In this document: piece after piece, positions 42,141-55,632 of the stretch
Position numbering within the stretch: the stretch's first letter is position 1
How the letters are laid out: each line of letters opens with the position of its first letter
Source of the DNA: Chrysomallon squamiferum
Taxonomy: Eukaryota; Animalia; Mollusca
DNA length: 64,000 bases
Assembly: GCA_012295275.1 (NCBI GenBank)
Contig: CM022671.1
Coordinates: 2,542,001 to 2,606,000 of the forward strand
Direction of reading: 5' to 3'
Made by a program: the position numbers and the translations under genes
Notes under the pieces: generated by a model
Databases searched by the model: none
What the model saw: only the letters and a program-made list of their open reading frames with translations
What the model was told of the DNA's origin: nothing

Positions 42141-43748
42141 CTATGATATAGGCCACTTCCACTGATCTGCTGGTGCCTCCGATATCAAAGGTTCCCAAGG
42201 CTTCCATGCCAACATCTTCCTAGACAACATCAATTCCCTTTCAGCCTGAAATTAAAAAAAATTAAAAACAATTAATGGAATTTAAAAAGGAGGATAAAAC
42301 TTTTTCTAAAGGACTTTTGATCTTGGTTGTTTGTTTTTTCCTTTCTTTCTTCAGGTATTTGATCTTTGTTAATAATTAAATATGATAATAAAATAACTAA
42401 CATCATGAAATATGCAGCATATATATATATTATATATATATTACTACAAATGTATTTTGTATATAGATGTTTTAGGAAACATTAAACAAAATTTTAAAAA
42501 TCATAACAAATTTTTTCTATTTTCACTCTATCTAAAAAAGTAGAAAGAAACCAAACAACCATATGAACCAACGCATTTGAAACAGTTTGACCTTAAAACA
42601 AGTGCAATACACTTATGATGAGTAGTAGTAATAAACATAGAAATGTGGGGATCTCAGGTCAGTTGTATGTAAATGTTATTTACCAAGGAAGTTGTATTTC
42701 ATATGGACTTTGCACAAAACCCAAAGACAGAACAAAAAAAAACATAAAAAAAGAAACTAAACAATGAAAAAGTACAAAGTAAAAAATTATTATGATTATG
42801 ATTATGATTATTATATTATTATTATTATTTTACTTTTATTTAAAGGGAGGTAAGACAAAATTAAACACTGATAACCTAAAATCAAGAAAGTCAAACATGT
42901 TACAGTATTCTCTGCTGAGCTGAAATGGAGACCACCAAGACAACAACAAAGAAGCAGACCACAAGTTAGACTGGGAACAAGACAAACCAAATGAAATTGC
43001 CATGACGATATAACATGAAATGAGTGGGGAAGGAGTAAATATCTATTCCAATAAATGCCTGTACATCCAGACAGATGCAGGTATACCAAAACAAAATATT
43101 ACCTGTAAAATAACTTCTTCAAGCTGGCCAGCATTAATTTTACTTTCTAGCTTGGTCAAATCAGATTCCTGTTGTGAATAAAAAGAAAATCACTATTTAA
43201 TAAGGATTTCATTTTTTATTATTATTTATTCAGTTCAAACTGTCTACAGTGCAATAATATTGTAGTGAATCTTTTCTTACAAAAATTATTAAAGGTATTA
43301 AATTTTTTTAATAATAACTAAATAACTTTTATTGAAAAGGTATGGAGATAATTAAAACTGATAAATAACATGGTGTTTAGTTCATATAACTGTTTTTAAA
43401 TTAAGTAAATATCTTTTTTAAAGTGTGAAGTTACCCACTGTTTTCACAAGATGCATTCGCTCATTAATAATCTGTTCTGTATGTCTCCTATAAGCTGCAT
43501 TCTCTGGCATCTTATGTAGGGTTCGCAGAATTTTCTCATACAGAACTTTCAAAGTCTGCAAAAGGAAAGACTGCATGATTATCAACAATACATACAAAAA
43601 CAATCCTATCTCTTAAAAGAGAGCTGAAAGTAAAAAGAAACTATTTTTATATTTTAATCAATTCAAAATAAAGAATTATAAATGACATTTGATATTTATT
43701 TAGACTCTGGATGTCTATGTGCACTGTGTGTGTGTGTGTGTGTGTGCA

Positions 43749-43810
<62 letters not shown>

Positions 43811-44098
43811 GGCATTATGAATTACCCTTTTAGTTCCACAAAACATAATCAGTAAATGAGTAAGATATATTAATATATCATCTATATATAATTATACTTA
43901 ACCTGATGAGGATGTTTGGCCACAGCTAGACCTGTTAATCCTGTTGTCTGAAACAATGAAATACAATCAATATTTCTTTTCATCAGTTTGTTTTGTCTGA
44001 CACATCAGACTTAATTTTCTATAAAGTATGATTGCCTCTTAACATCAAACACTTGTAATTTTAAATGTAATCTCAACACAACTATTGTTCTTTTTTTC

Positions 44099-44152
<54 letters not shown>

Positions 44153-44658
44153 ATTCAAAATGCATTAGTGTCGATGCTTAATATTATCTTTCACAATGAC
44201 AGATTATAATAATATTGTTTATAATATATTTTAATTTATTTACCACAGAATACAATTGTATTTATTATTACATAAATGTGAAGACCAGCGGATCTTCTGC
44301 CATTTTGCTCAGGCCAAGGACATAATATCTAACATTTTTCTCTTCTTCCTTTTTTTTTTTTTTTTTTTTCTACAAATAAACGTAATTTTCAAACCGATCC
44401 TATTATTACTGTCCATATTATTGTTAGTACCCGGTACAAGATAACGAGAATACTGCTCAAAGTCAAAAACGTCATGTGTGACCTCAAAAATGGGTTTGTA
44501 TTTTTGGTATGTAACTAAGCTACAGAAACGATATGCAAAAACAAAAAGCGAGAAATTAATTTTAAAATGCAATCACTGTTACATTTTAAAGATTTCAGAA
44601 ATAACACCGGTGTCTGTAGGTGTAAATAAAATCTTACCAGTTTTGTCACCCCAGCCAT
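42141..44658 (-). CDS. NDUFA5: NADH dehydrogenase (ubiquinone) 1 alpha subcomplex subunit 5, 117 aa
   Basis: Exons 44658-44638, 43947-43903, 43555-43439, 43168-43103, 42245-42141 (TAG). [32 protein letters not shown]...[15 protein letters not shown]...[29 protein letters not shown]...QWKWPI is diagnostic. Confidence 0.96.
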
Positions 44659-44665
44659 ATTTAAA

Positions 44666-44674
44666 ACCGGAAGT
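44666..44674. promoter_or_regulatory. ETS/GABP-type motif (accggaagt) just upstream of the NDUFA5 ATG
   Basis: Perfect ETS consensus within 10 nt of the start codon; such sites are common in promoters of nuclear-encoded respiratory genes. Confidence 0.45.
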
Positions 44675-44913
44675 TGCTAGGAAGATAGGAAGTGTCTTTT
44701 TTCTCTGTACGTGAGCAATAATGGGAGTTTGCATAATATTTACAGGCTGCCGCAGACAAGATTATTGTTTCTCCATTTGTATACTAAAAAGTAAGGACGA
44801 AGGAGTTAAAGATACTCAAATTTTAATCGAAATGTCACATTGATTTATTCATAAATTATTGTGTTTCACTGTGACTACTTACTAACTTTTTAATGCTTAC
44901 CACTACCACTTAC

Positions 44914-45163
44914 CAGTGGCGTACAGAGGTCTGGTGATGCCCGGGACAAATCCTTGATTGTATGCTCCAAAAACTCTAGTATACGGTCTAGTACTGAGAA
45001 ATATAATGAGAAAGGAAGATATTTTGAATATGTAAACACAGATGACACATAAAATAAACACTTTATTCGATTTAAACATAAATCAACCAAATTTATTAAG
45101 TTCTTTGCTCTGGTTGGATGCCAGGGGCCAAAACCCTCTTCGCCTCCATCTCTGCACGCCACT
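44914..45163. mobile_element. hAT-like MITE
   Basis: TIRs cagtggcgtacagag / ctctgcacgccact; the 8-mer ccacttac occurs at 44906-44913 and 45159-45166, consistent with an 8-bp target-site duplication overlapping the right TIR. Confidence 0.65.
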
Positions 45164-48100
45164 TACAGTTCCCTGCGACTAAATATTTATTTTCTTTTTT
45201 TTTTTTTTTTTTTTTTTTTTTTCTTAGATTTAAATTAATTTAAATAAAATTAATGTTTCACGTTGTTTCTCTGTTTGTATATTTGTATGCACATTCGCAA
45301 AGACAGGAAAGCACATACCACAATACTGCTAAATTAACTGGTTGTTGGATACTTCCGAAAAAACTAAACAGTTCCCCCCTATAAGGTGATCAGTTCTAGT
45401 TGCAGCTAAAATGAAGTATCAGTCATCGTTAACATCATTCATTAGATACCTTTTCGGTTAAAAAAAAAAAAAAAAAAAAAATCAAATTTCTAACGAATAC
45501 AATTTTTAACTGAATGTCTAGATGTGGATTAAATAGTTATTTTCATCAGCTAAAAACAAAATATATTTTCTTTAGATATGATAGCATAAGTCATGAAAAC
45601 TTTAATAAATATATTACACAATATTAGCTGTAAAGTATTTCTAATTTATTTGGGTTAAAAAATAATGTAAGCATGGGACAATAACTGGAATTGAATCAGG
45701 ACCTTAAGTGCATTGATGATTAGTCCTATGAGATTTAGAGTCTGCCATGTCAATAGACAACTGATAAAAATTATAGAATTAAACAATATATACAAAAGAC
45801 AATGAACCGAGTTATATGTATATTTAAATAGACTTTTGAAAGACATTAATGAATAAATTATTTACAAAGAACTTGACTGTGTTTACGTTTTAAATCGGAT
45901 AAGTACATTTAACATTACAGTAAGCTGGGCTTTATATTAAAGTGACTTTGAAATGCTTAACACTTGACTGCAAGTAGTTAATGTTTATTTATTATTTATC
46001 TAAATTATTATTATTATTTTTTTTTTTTTAATGGATTTTTTATTTTTTTTTTTTTTTTTTTATTACCATTTTTTTTTATTATTATTTTTTTTTTACTCAT
46101 GATTTATTGGCAATCATTTTAAATATTTTATTCTGTCCACATATCAGTGTATGAGAGTGGATTTGGTAAATACTTCAACATAAAGTCACCATGATTCAAA
46201 TATCTAAGATTATTAATATACATTATATGTTTGTATTCTCAGACATACACACACACACACATATACTCAACCTGACACTATTGTTTTTTTTGGGGGGGTT
46301 AACAAAAGATAGATGTTAAAATAAGTAGAAGTAGCTCATGACTGTGACAAACATTAATTCATTCGTTTGCTGTTTTTCTTGTTGTTGTCTTATTTAATTA
46401 AAAAATATATATATATTTATGATGATAATGATTATTGTTGTTGTTGCTTTTATTATTATTAATATTATTACTGATAAAATATAAAATCGTTTAGTTTTCT
46501 GTCCCTGTTTTGATTAAAATAATAACGTAAAATTTATCCTGAAAAATCAACACAATAATAATAATAAAAATTAATTAATTAATTAATTAAAACAGAGACA
46601 CAAGAATGGAATTTATATATAATTGCGTAAAATGCGAAATAGATACATTATATAAATACAATTATTTATAAAAAAAAAAAATAATAATAAAAAAAAAATT
46701 CATGTTACAAATGTGGCATTTACAATAAATAACAATCATAATATTATTGACATAAATTATTAATGTAAATTAAATATAATGGACAAAATGAAACAAAAAT
46801 CTACTGTATTTTAATTGCATAAATATAATTATGTGGATATGGGAAGTATAAGTAATCGTTGTAACCATAACCATTACCCACAGATAAACAAAATCCACAG
46901 AAGCCAAATTTCTGTTGAAAGTTCTGCCACTAACAAACTAATGTACTGTAATTAATAAATCTAAACAATAAATTAACGAATATTCATATCAACAACATAA
47001 CCCATCTGAGCTAATCTATGTTACTATACGTAACAGTAGAAATAAAACGTAAGACAGCGTGATTGTTGCAGGTGTGGTTCACAACCATTTGCTCTGTTTT
47101 TATCGCCCACTCGCACATTCACTCAAGGTAATGAATCTTTCCATGCCTGATCTCTGACATTGGTAAGAGAGAATGACTGAGTAAGGCTACACACTCACTC
47201 TGCATAATGAAGTTGGGTCTGCTGTGGACAGTGGAAAACAACATACAGTGGTACATTTTACAGCATAATTCCATGTAGGATTAAAAACACAGTATAAATT
47301 GAATAATAATTTATTTGTATTAAATGTGAGGTTTTTTTAAATCACAGAAGGAAGATTTTTCTAATGGGCCAGCAATAGGATGGTTGTTCAAAACTGATAA
47401 AATAGAAAATCTTTGTAATATTAAATATAAAGCTTTTAAAAAAAAGAGTGTATATACAGGTTTTGGTTTTTTTTTTTTTACAAAATTTATAGTTTTATCA
47501 AACTGTTTGTGCATTATATTTTACAGTTTGTATATATTAAACATTTGTGCTTACATATATTCATCATAATTTGAGTAAAGTTGTTGAATTAATCATAATA
47601 TTCTTTATTTTTGTAGAATTTAATATTTTGCAGGTATTCTGCAGTTTTATAATCACAATTATTCTCTCTGGTTAATAGTTACAGACTGAAACAGATCAGC
47701 CATAATACTGTATATTATTGTAAATCATAATATGTAAGGAAGTTTGTAAATATAATGATCATGGCAACATTTTACAATAAAAATTATTAGCAATTATAAA
47801 TATCATATATTATTTTTTACAATATTTATTATTATCTATTTATTCACTTTATTATTTGTACAGATGGCAATTAAAAATACCCAAGACTCATTTAATTTTA
47901 TTTATAAACAAACCTTACAAAATGTGTAAATATATAAACTGTTAGTATCCCACCGAGCTGTAATTATATTGATTCTGTGGCCCGATATAATGTTAATAAT
48001 ATCCCATTTATTATGCAAATCCAGTGTAATAGTTTACAATTATTATGTTTATATAGCATTTATATTTAATAAACAGATTTTGTCACTGTACACACAACTC

Positions 48101-48855
48101 ATATTTATGACTATACAGTATCAACATTACAAAAATATTACAATTTTACATAAGTCCTGTGTGAATTATTGTTTAGTGCTTATAATCACAAAAGATCATG
48201 TATAAAGTTCTAATCACAAAGATGTATAATGTTCTAATCACAAAGACCATGTATAATGTTATAATCATTGTAGTGTACAGATATTACATTATTTGTTATT
48301 ACATAGATTCTGTGTAATATTACACAACACTTGTAAATACACAGATCCTCTGTATTATTTGTATGTTCATAATTACAAAGATTGTGGACAATATCCAGTA
48401 AGTGTAATTATACAGTGTTTCTTTATGACATACAATTTACATAGATCCTGTGTAAAACTGTATAATTTTCATCATGAATTAAATGAAGGAGTCTGTCTGA
48501 AAATAGCCATAAAAAACATTTAGATTATGAGAAATATTTAGTATTTACATTCTGCATAAGATTTTTCTTTGTTTATTTTAATAAAAATACTATTCTGAAC
48601 TTTGAAAGACAATATGACATCAAAACAAGAGTATTTTAAAAATCAGATTTTCGTAATTCATAAAAACATTTTACAATTAAAAAAACTGACACCAATTTGG
48701 AAACATTATTGTAAACTCCATCAGTTTTTTTTTTTATATCTAAGCACTATAATTTAGGTTTTAGGTTTCAAACACATCATTATTTTTACATTCACAACAT
48801 GATTTGACTTCATAACAAGAGGTTTTAACAAAGGCATCGTGTGTTATCTGTAGTT

Positions 48856-51108
48856 TTACTCTGTATTTTCCCGACATACTGTGACAGGAATGTGCGAATG
48901 TCGCATTACAAAGTCACTGACACTGCCAAGCAGTGTCCGTCTGACAGTCCCCAACCCTCGTGTTCCAGTCACAATTAAATTTGCTTTCTGCTCCTCGGCT
49001 GTTTGAACCAAGGCCTCTCCTGGCTTGCCAGACACAGTCTTCACCTCTCCCCCAATCTAAAAACAGTCACAAAATAAGTCCAACAATTCCATCAAATATG
49101 CATTAATGAATGTTTAACAAGACCTCAACAAATTTCTGTGTGGAGAATTAGGTGTCAAATGTATAGTTTTTGTGTAATGACAAAAGAAAAAAAGGAAACC
49201 CTTACTACATTAGATATTGTTACTAATTAGCAAAAATTATCTTTTATATGTATGTTCCCATTGACTAAAACCTTATCATATAATGCAGTTATAAATAAAC
49301 CAAAAGGGACATCATGAATGATTTTTTTGTGTGTCAGCAATAATTCTCAGAACAATATTAAGTTAAAGACCATTCCATCATTTTATAAACTATTTAACTG
49401 AACAATTAATTTCCTGAAATTTCTAAAGTTCTACTACTACTACTAATAATAATAATAATAGGTTATAATCACCCCTGCTTGTTTGAGTTTTTCTGACAGA
49501 GTCTGGGTGAATTCGGCAGCTTTCTTTTGTTCTTCTTCTACTTGTTCTGCAACATGGCCAAGATTCGCTATGGCAAAACCTGATATAATGAAAATGTTTG
49601 TTAATTAGATTACCCACACCAATGTGTATGTGTGTTACCCATAAACACATATGCATACAAATAAATTGAAGGCAAATATTCATCTACCTGATGGTAACAT
49701 CATAATGTAATTATTATTATATAATTTAAAACAGGTGGCATGTAATGGACACTTCAATAAAGAATAAAGTTAACTGTCCAGTGGTACAGTGTGTTACTTA
49801 CTCGACTGACCAAGACTGTGATATTCTGGACAGTGAACAAGAACAACATGATCTTTAGGTCTGTGTATGTTCTTCAAATACCCTGAAACAATAAATACAG
49901 AAGATGGTTTCTTATTGATTATCAAAACACCAAAAACTATTTATATGTAATATACCTACCTGTTTTAAAACTTGCATGCTCAAACTGTCAAAAATCTGGT
50001 AATTTTTTAAGGCAGTTGTAGAGCAATAATATTTTGTTTGTAAAAATACATTTTTAAAGATTTTATCTACCAAGAGAATTATATATTTAATAATTTTGAT
50101 ATGAAAAAATAGAACAGTATCAGGCAGCCTATTATATTAAAATGTAATTATTATTCTTTTAGTGCTATTATATTTTAAATAGTGATGTATAAATTTTACA
50201 TAATAAGTAAAATGGTGTGTTTGTGAAATACACGTAAAGCCATTACAAACAGACATTATACATGTACAATAACAGAGACCTGGACCAGTTAGGCATATTG
50301 TAATGTATAAAAATTAATGATGCAGTATTTATTTTATGTATAATAATGCAAGAAACTACTATTATTTTACATGGATAGTCAGTTTAATAAATTGTCAAAT
50401 ATGCCACTAATATTTATACTATGAGCAAAAAATGTTTAAATATAATTTTCTATAGTTCCAAATTATTATTATTATTTCTATAACTATTTTTTAATGATAA
50501 CAACTTATAACAATGAAATAACAAGCCTACTATTACAAACACTTTCTTATGGCAATGTCAGATAACACAATTTACATTGATGCAGTAGTCAAAATTTATT
50601 TTTAAAAGTACATTTTAAGGTGTGGATTTGTGTTATTTATCATATTTAAATTATACGTTTTCCGCATGTCAGCTTCTGACAGTAATAATTATCATATAAC
50701 AAAACTAGTTTGGCTCCTTGTTCACATGAAATTTAAATTATTTTATCTGCAATTTATTTCTAAAACCTATAGGACTGGCAAGAATTTGTAAATAATTTAA
50801 AAAAAAAAAAAAAAAAAAAATTAAAAATTAAAAAAATAAATAATGTGTACTGATTAAACTGTAACACATATCATTAAAATACACATATTTGGCAATAATA
50901 TAAATGTGTTAATTTAATGCACTTTACAAAAAATACCTGTTATTTGTTGATTATAATAACCTTTGACATAACCTCCAACAATCGACCATAACACAATAAT
51001 TGCTGGTCAGTATTAACATTTAACATTAACACACTTACAGTCAAATGCATAACTTGAGTTCTTGCTTCCATCCATTCCAATCACGATTTTTCTTCCTTCT
51101 TCTGCCAT
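48856..51108 (-). CDS. Universal stress protein (UspA-like) paralogue A, 152 aa
   Basis: Exons 51108-51039, 49882-49802, 49579-49473, 49056-48856 (TAA). RKIVIGMDGSKNSSYAFDW...VVLVH...LIVTGTRGLGTVRRTLLGSVSDFVMRHSHIPVTVC, with the G-2x-G-9x-GS ATP-binding motif intact. Confidence 0.93.
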
Positions 51109-52479
51109 GTTTTACCGATATGCTGCCTTTTCTTCTGAGTTCACTCACTGACGGTTATGTCGGGAATATTTACCAATGACCTTGTGTATTATTAGTAGGT
51201 CACAGGATCACTGTACTGTTAAATGCTGGGGAGTTTGAAAAGGACACAAGCTATATAATTAATTGACCTTGACTCCACCGAACAGAAAGATAAACGAACT
51301 GATAAAACAAGTCCATATAACCTCTTTTTTCTTCTACTTCTTCGTTTTTTGTTTTTTTTTCTTTTCAAAATTTCAACACATATATAATCATGTAATGAAA
51401 ATTTAGTGATTTTGTTATTTTGTGCTTTTATCCAAACCTTTCCCAAAGCACGTACATAACCTGATTTTTATTTTATTCTTTTTTAAAAGTATTATTATTA
51501 ATTAATTAACATTATGCAATATACTTATATTATTATTATTATTATTTTAATTTTAAATTTGTTTATAGTTCGTACTGATTTTTTAAACTATTTTTTAACA
51601 AAGCATCATCACTGATTTTAATTATCATTAATTAATTATCAAAAGTTAAGTCAAACAAATGTAAATTGTTAACACATTTTATTCACATGTATTGTAAATG
51701 TAAACCATTCGTATCAACTGATATCCTGTTTTGCAAAAATAACAAAATATGAAATGAATGTATATACATAAAATATACAAATTGCGTAAACTGCGTTATT
51801 ATAATTCAAGCAATAAACAAGAGACTTGCTACAGACAAGTATATAAGATAAGTATAACAGAAACAATTGGTTGTCTGCTGACCATTACGTCTGTATGATA
51901 ATAAGAAAAAGCGTTTCTGTGAACAAGTGTACAGAACATGCAGTATAATTAAAACAGAAATAAAAGGCCATGTGCAGACAAGCATATGTAACTCTATAAC
52001 AGAAGAAATAGATGTACATACAAATATATGACACCATATTATTTATAACAGAACAAATGCTGACTACAATCCAATAATAGAGTATAATTACCACAGAAAC
52101 AATAAGAAAACAACAAGTATATAAAACTATATAATTATAACAGTAACAGTATGCAAGACACAATAATAGAAAAAAGAGCTACTACAACCAAATGCATAAG
52201 ACAGTATAATTACAAGGAAAACGAGACAGGCTTTATACAGAGTGATAACTGAGATCATCATAGAGCATAGCAAGATTATAAGCTTGGCAACATCACCCAT
52301 TATCCTTTCAGGTAATATTCCTCCAGACAAGTGTGCGTGGATTATAAAACATTACAATGTCAGAAAGAAATGTACAATATACAACATTTTTAAAAGTTAT
52401 TTGCTGATAAGGATGTGGGTGCAGTAGGTATTAATATAAAGGCTTTCTACATATGATATAACACATATCTCAAACACAC

Positions 52480-53467
52480 AGGCTGCCTAGAGACAAGTAT
52501 GTAACATTACACAGATTGTCTGTTGCCTAGAGACAAGTATGTAACATTACAGGTTGTTTGCTGACAAGAGACATTGTATATAGCAATTATATTGCAAAAT
52601 ACGAGCTGGAATGTTGTATATAACACCATGCAGAGTGTCTGCAGAGAGGGACTGGATGTTGTATATAACACCATGCAGAGTGTCTACAGAGAGGGACTGG
52701 ATGTTGTATATAACACCATGCAGACTGTCTACAGAGAGGGACTGGATGTTGTATATAACATTATGCAGGCTGTCTACAGACAAGGACTGGGATACTGTAT
52801 ATAACATGCAGTTGTCTACAAAGGCTAGAATGTTCACATTATGCAGGTTATCTAAACACAAGGGCTGGGATGTTGATATAACATTATGCAGTTTGGCTAG
52901 AGACAGCAACTGGGATGCTGTATATAACATTATGCAGGCTGTCTACAGACAAGGGCTGGGATGTTGATATAACATTATGCAGGCTGTCTACAGACAGGGA
53001 CTGGGATGCTGCATGTAAGAAAATTCTGGTTTCCAATAGACAAAGGCTGGGATGTTGTATATAACATTAAGCAGGTTGTCTACAGACAAAGACTGGGATG
53101 TTGTATATAACATTAAGCAGGTTGTCTACAGAAAAGGACTGGGATGTTGTATATAACATTAAGCAGGGTGTTTATAGACAAGGGCTGGGATGTTGTATAT
53201 AACATTAAGCAGGTTGTCTACAGAAAAGGACTGGGATGTTGTATATAACATTAAGCAGGTTTTCTACAGAAAAGGACTGGGATGTTGTATATAACATTAA
53301 GCAGGGTGTTTATAGACAAGGGCTGGGATGTTGTATATAACATTAAGCAGGTTGTCTACAGACAAGGACTGGGATGTTGTATATAACATTAAGCAGGGTG
53401 TATATAGACAAGGGCTGGGATGTTGTATATAACATTATGCAGGTTGTCTACAGACAAGGACTGGGAT
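52480..53467 (-). repeat. 45-46 bp minisatellite made from the last 10 codons, stop codon and first 13 nt of 3' UTR of USP paralogue B; about 20 copies
   Basis: Minus-strand unit atcccagtccttgtctgtagacaacctgcataatgttatatacaac encodes IPVLVCRQPA* plus UTR; period 46 (copies at 53047, 53093, 53139). Confidence 0.9.
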
Positions 53468-55449
53468 ACTGGAATGGTGCAGAACATAGTCACTAACACT
53501 CCCAACAAGTGTGCGACGAAATGCACTAAGACTGCGAGAACCAGTGACTATCAAACCAGCATTTTCTTCTTCTCCAGATTTAACAATTACTTCTCCTGGC
53601 TGACCATTTATACTCTTCACTTTACCTTTCATCTGTAAACAACAAAAAAAAAAATAATAATAGTAATAATAATAAAAATAATAATAAAGAATATGAATTA
53701 AACAAAAATGACAAAGTCCAGACCATTTCATTTGCAGGTTAAATACAGAGATAGTTTGATTCCTAGATTAAACAGAGATAAAATATGACCTGCTGGCTAC
53801 AGAAAAATACTTACTCCTGCAGCTGACAATTTATCTTCCAGCGATTTGAGGAAAATTTCATCATTCTTCCGAGCTTCCTCCAACTGTTCAGCAACAGATC
53901 CCAGCTCACTGTAGACAAAAGCTGCAACACAGAGATGCAACTATATAAAGTATATTACATCTTAGTCTATAGCATACAGCATAAACACATCAGAGTACTG
54001 TTTACTGTTCAAGATAACACCATTCTCTAAAATAAACACAAAATTGTATTCATACACTGAACACATATAACATATGTTGTTGTTAAGGATATTAATTATT
54101 AATTTTATTGTTTTGATCTAGACTTAAGCTGTTGCTATTAAAGATATATCACAAACATTTATTAACAGAAGACAATTGACAATTGACAACTAAATAAATA
54201 AACAACATATTTCAGTAATCAGTAACTCACTAATTAGAATTTTGGCCCGAGGATAAATAACATTGTAATGTATAACCTCTGAACTGTTTCCTGGTCCTAA
54301 TTAAGTCTTTAACAAATGAAAGAAAATGAAAAATAAAAATGCATACTGGCTGTCATCTGTCTGAAGAATGACTGGGTGACACCTTGATAGTCTGGACAAT
54401 GAATCAACACCACAAAGTCTCCTTCTTGATACACATTGTCCTTGAACCCTGAAATAAATATCCACATAGTTTTCATTTAATGACAGACTTAACACATTTT
54501 TAATCTGTGACTATAAGGACTATGCAGATAATATGAGATGAAATCCATCACTGTGAGCAAGGTATTGTCTTTTTTTTTATTAGCAGCCAAATAAATGAAC
54601 TTTCCAGTATCTAGACAAGAAATCATATACCATGGCATTTGATAAACAAATCACGGGGTACTGACTGAAATAGTCAATAGACCACATAAGGAAGTTTGAA
54701 TCAACAACCCACCACACATCAATCAGTGTTCTAACCCATGAACTATATCTCACCCACCAAACCTCAAATATCATTATTAGTTTAATATAATTTTTGTAAA
54801 ACAGTTAATAACTTGTCATTATTATATGATTATTTTAACTTTATTATTATAACAGTTGAGTGTGGGTTGAAACTGTGTGTTCAAATCACATGTCAGAGGG
54901 TCACTTCTCACAGGTGCATATGTCAAGTGAATTTCTGATTCTTGCCATTGCCAGTGCTCCATGAGCTTTTGTTTTATATAAAATTGTATGTTTCTTTCCT
55001 GTTTTCATAATTATAAATAAATAAATACATATTCCTAAAGGAACTCAGTTACATATAATTAATACAATGGTGCATCTATGGGGAGAGTTTCAAATCCCTC
55101 TTTCAAATTAAAAGATTTCAAAAGATTTCAAATAAATGATGATGATTAAAAATATATATATTTATATTTATATATATAATATATTACATTACATACAGAG
55201 CTCAGCTGAATGAACTAATATATATGTATATATTATGGGTAGTAATTACCTTACGTTATATAAACATATCAATTATTTTTTAATAGTATATACACATTTA
55301 CAAGGGAGATAATCCTACTATTGATTTATGCTTGGGTTTGCATCTTAATTAACATTGAAAAAATGTACAAACAACTTACATTCAAAAGCATAGTTCGATA
55401 TATCACTTTTGTCCATAGCTACGACAATTGTTCTTTCACGTTTGGCCAT
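53435..55449 (-). CDS. Universal stress protein paralogue B, 158 aa
   Basis: Exons 55449-55380, 54448-54347, 53921-53815, 53632-53435 (TAA). RTIVVAMDKSDISNYAFEW...LIVTGSRSLSAFRRTLVGSVSDYVLHHSSIPVLVC; same intron positions as paralogue A. Confidence 0.92.
54480..54770 (-). mobile_element. Degenerate tRNA-derived SINE in USP-B intron 1
   Basis: Minus-strand head with A-box-like tagttcatggg and B-box-like gattcaaac; body similar to copies at about 24770-25118, 49100-49290 and 62575-62790. Confidence 0.5.
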
Positions 55450-55578
55450 TATTTCAAGGAAAATAAGCTCAACAACAGTTAACCCATAAAGCGATGCTAG
55501 CTGCAATTTTCGTCGCACCAAAGGTCAAATTCCACAGTTCACTAAAGGCAGTGACTGTACAACAGCAAGCAGGGAGTT

Positions 55579-55632
<54 letters not shown>

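Noticed and set aside
47125-47180. SECIS-like ATGA...GA hairpin
   Set aside because: The core quartet is out of register, there is no apical AA, and there is no + strand gene with an in-frame TGA nearby.
52547-52967. Repetitive ORFs on both strands, and a superficial CRISPR-like look
   Set aside because: Head-to-tail minisatellite with no unique spacers and no cas genes, in eukaryotic DNA.
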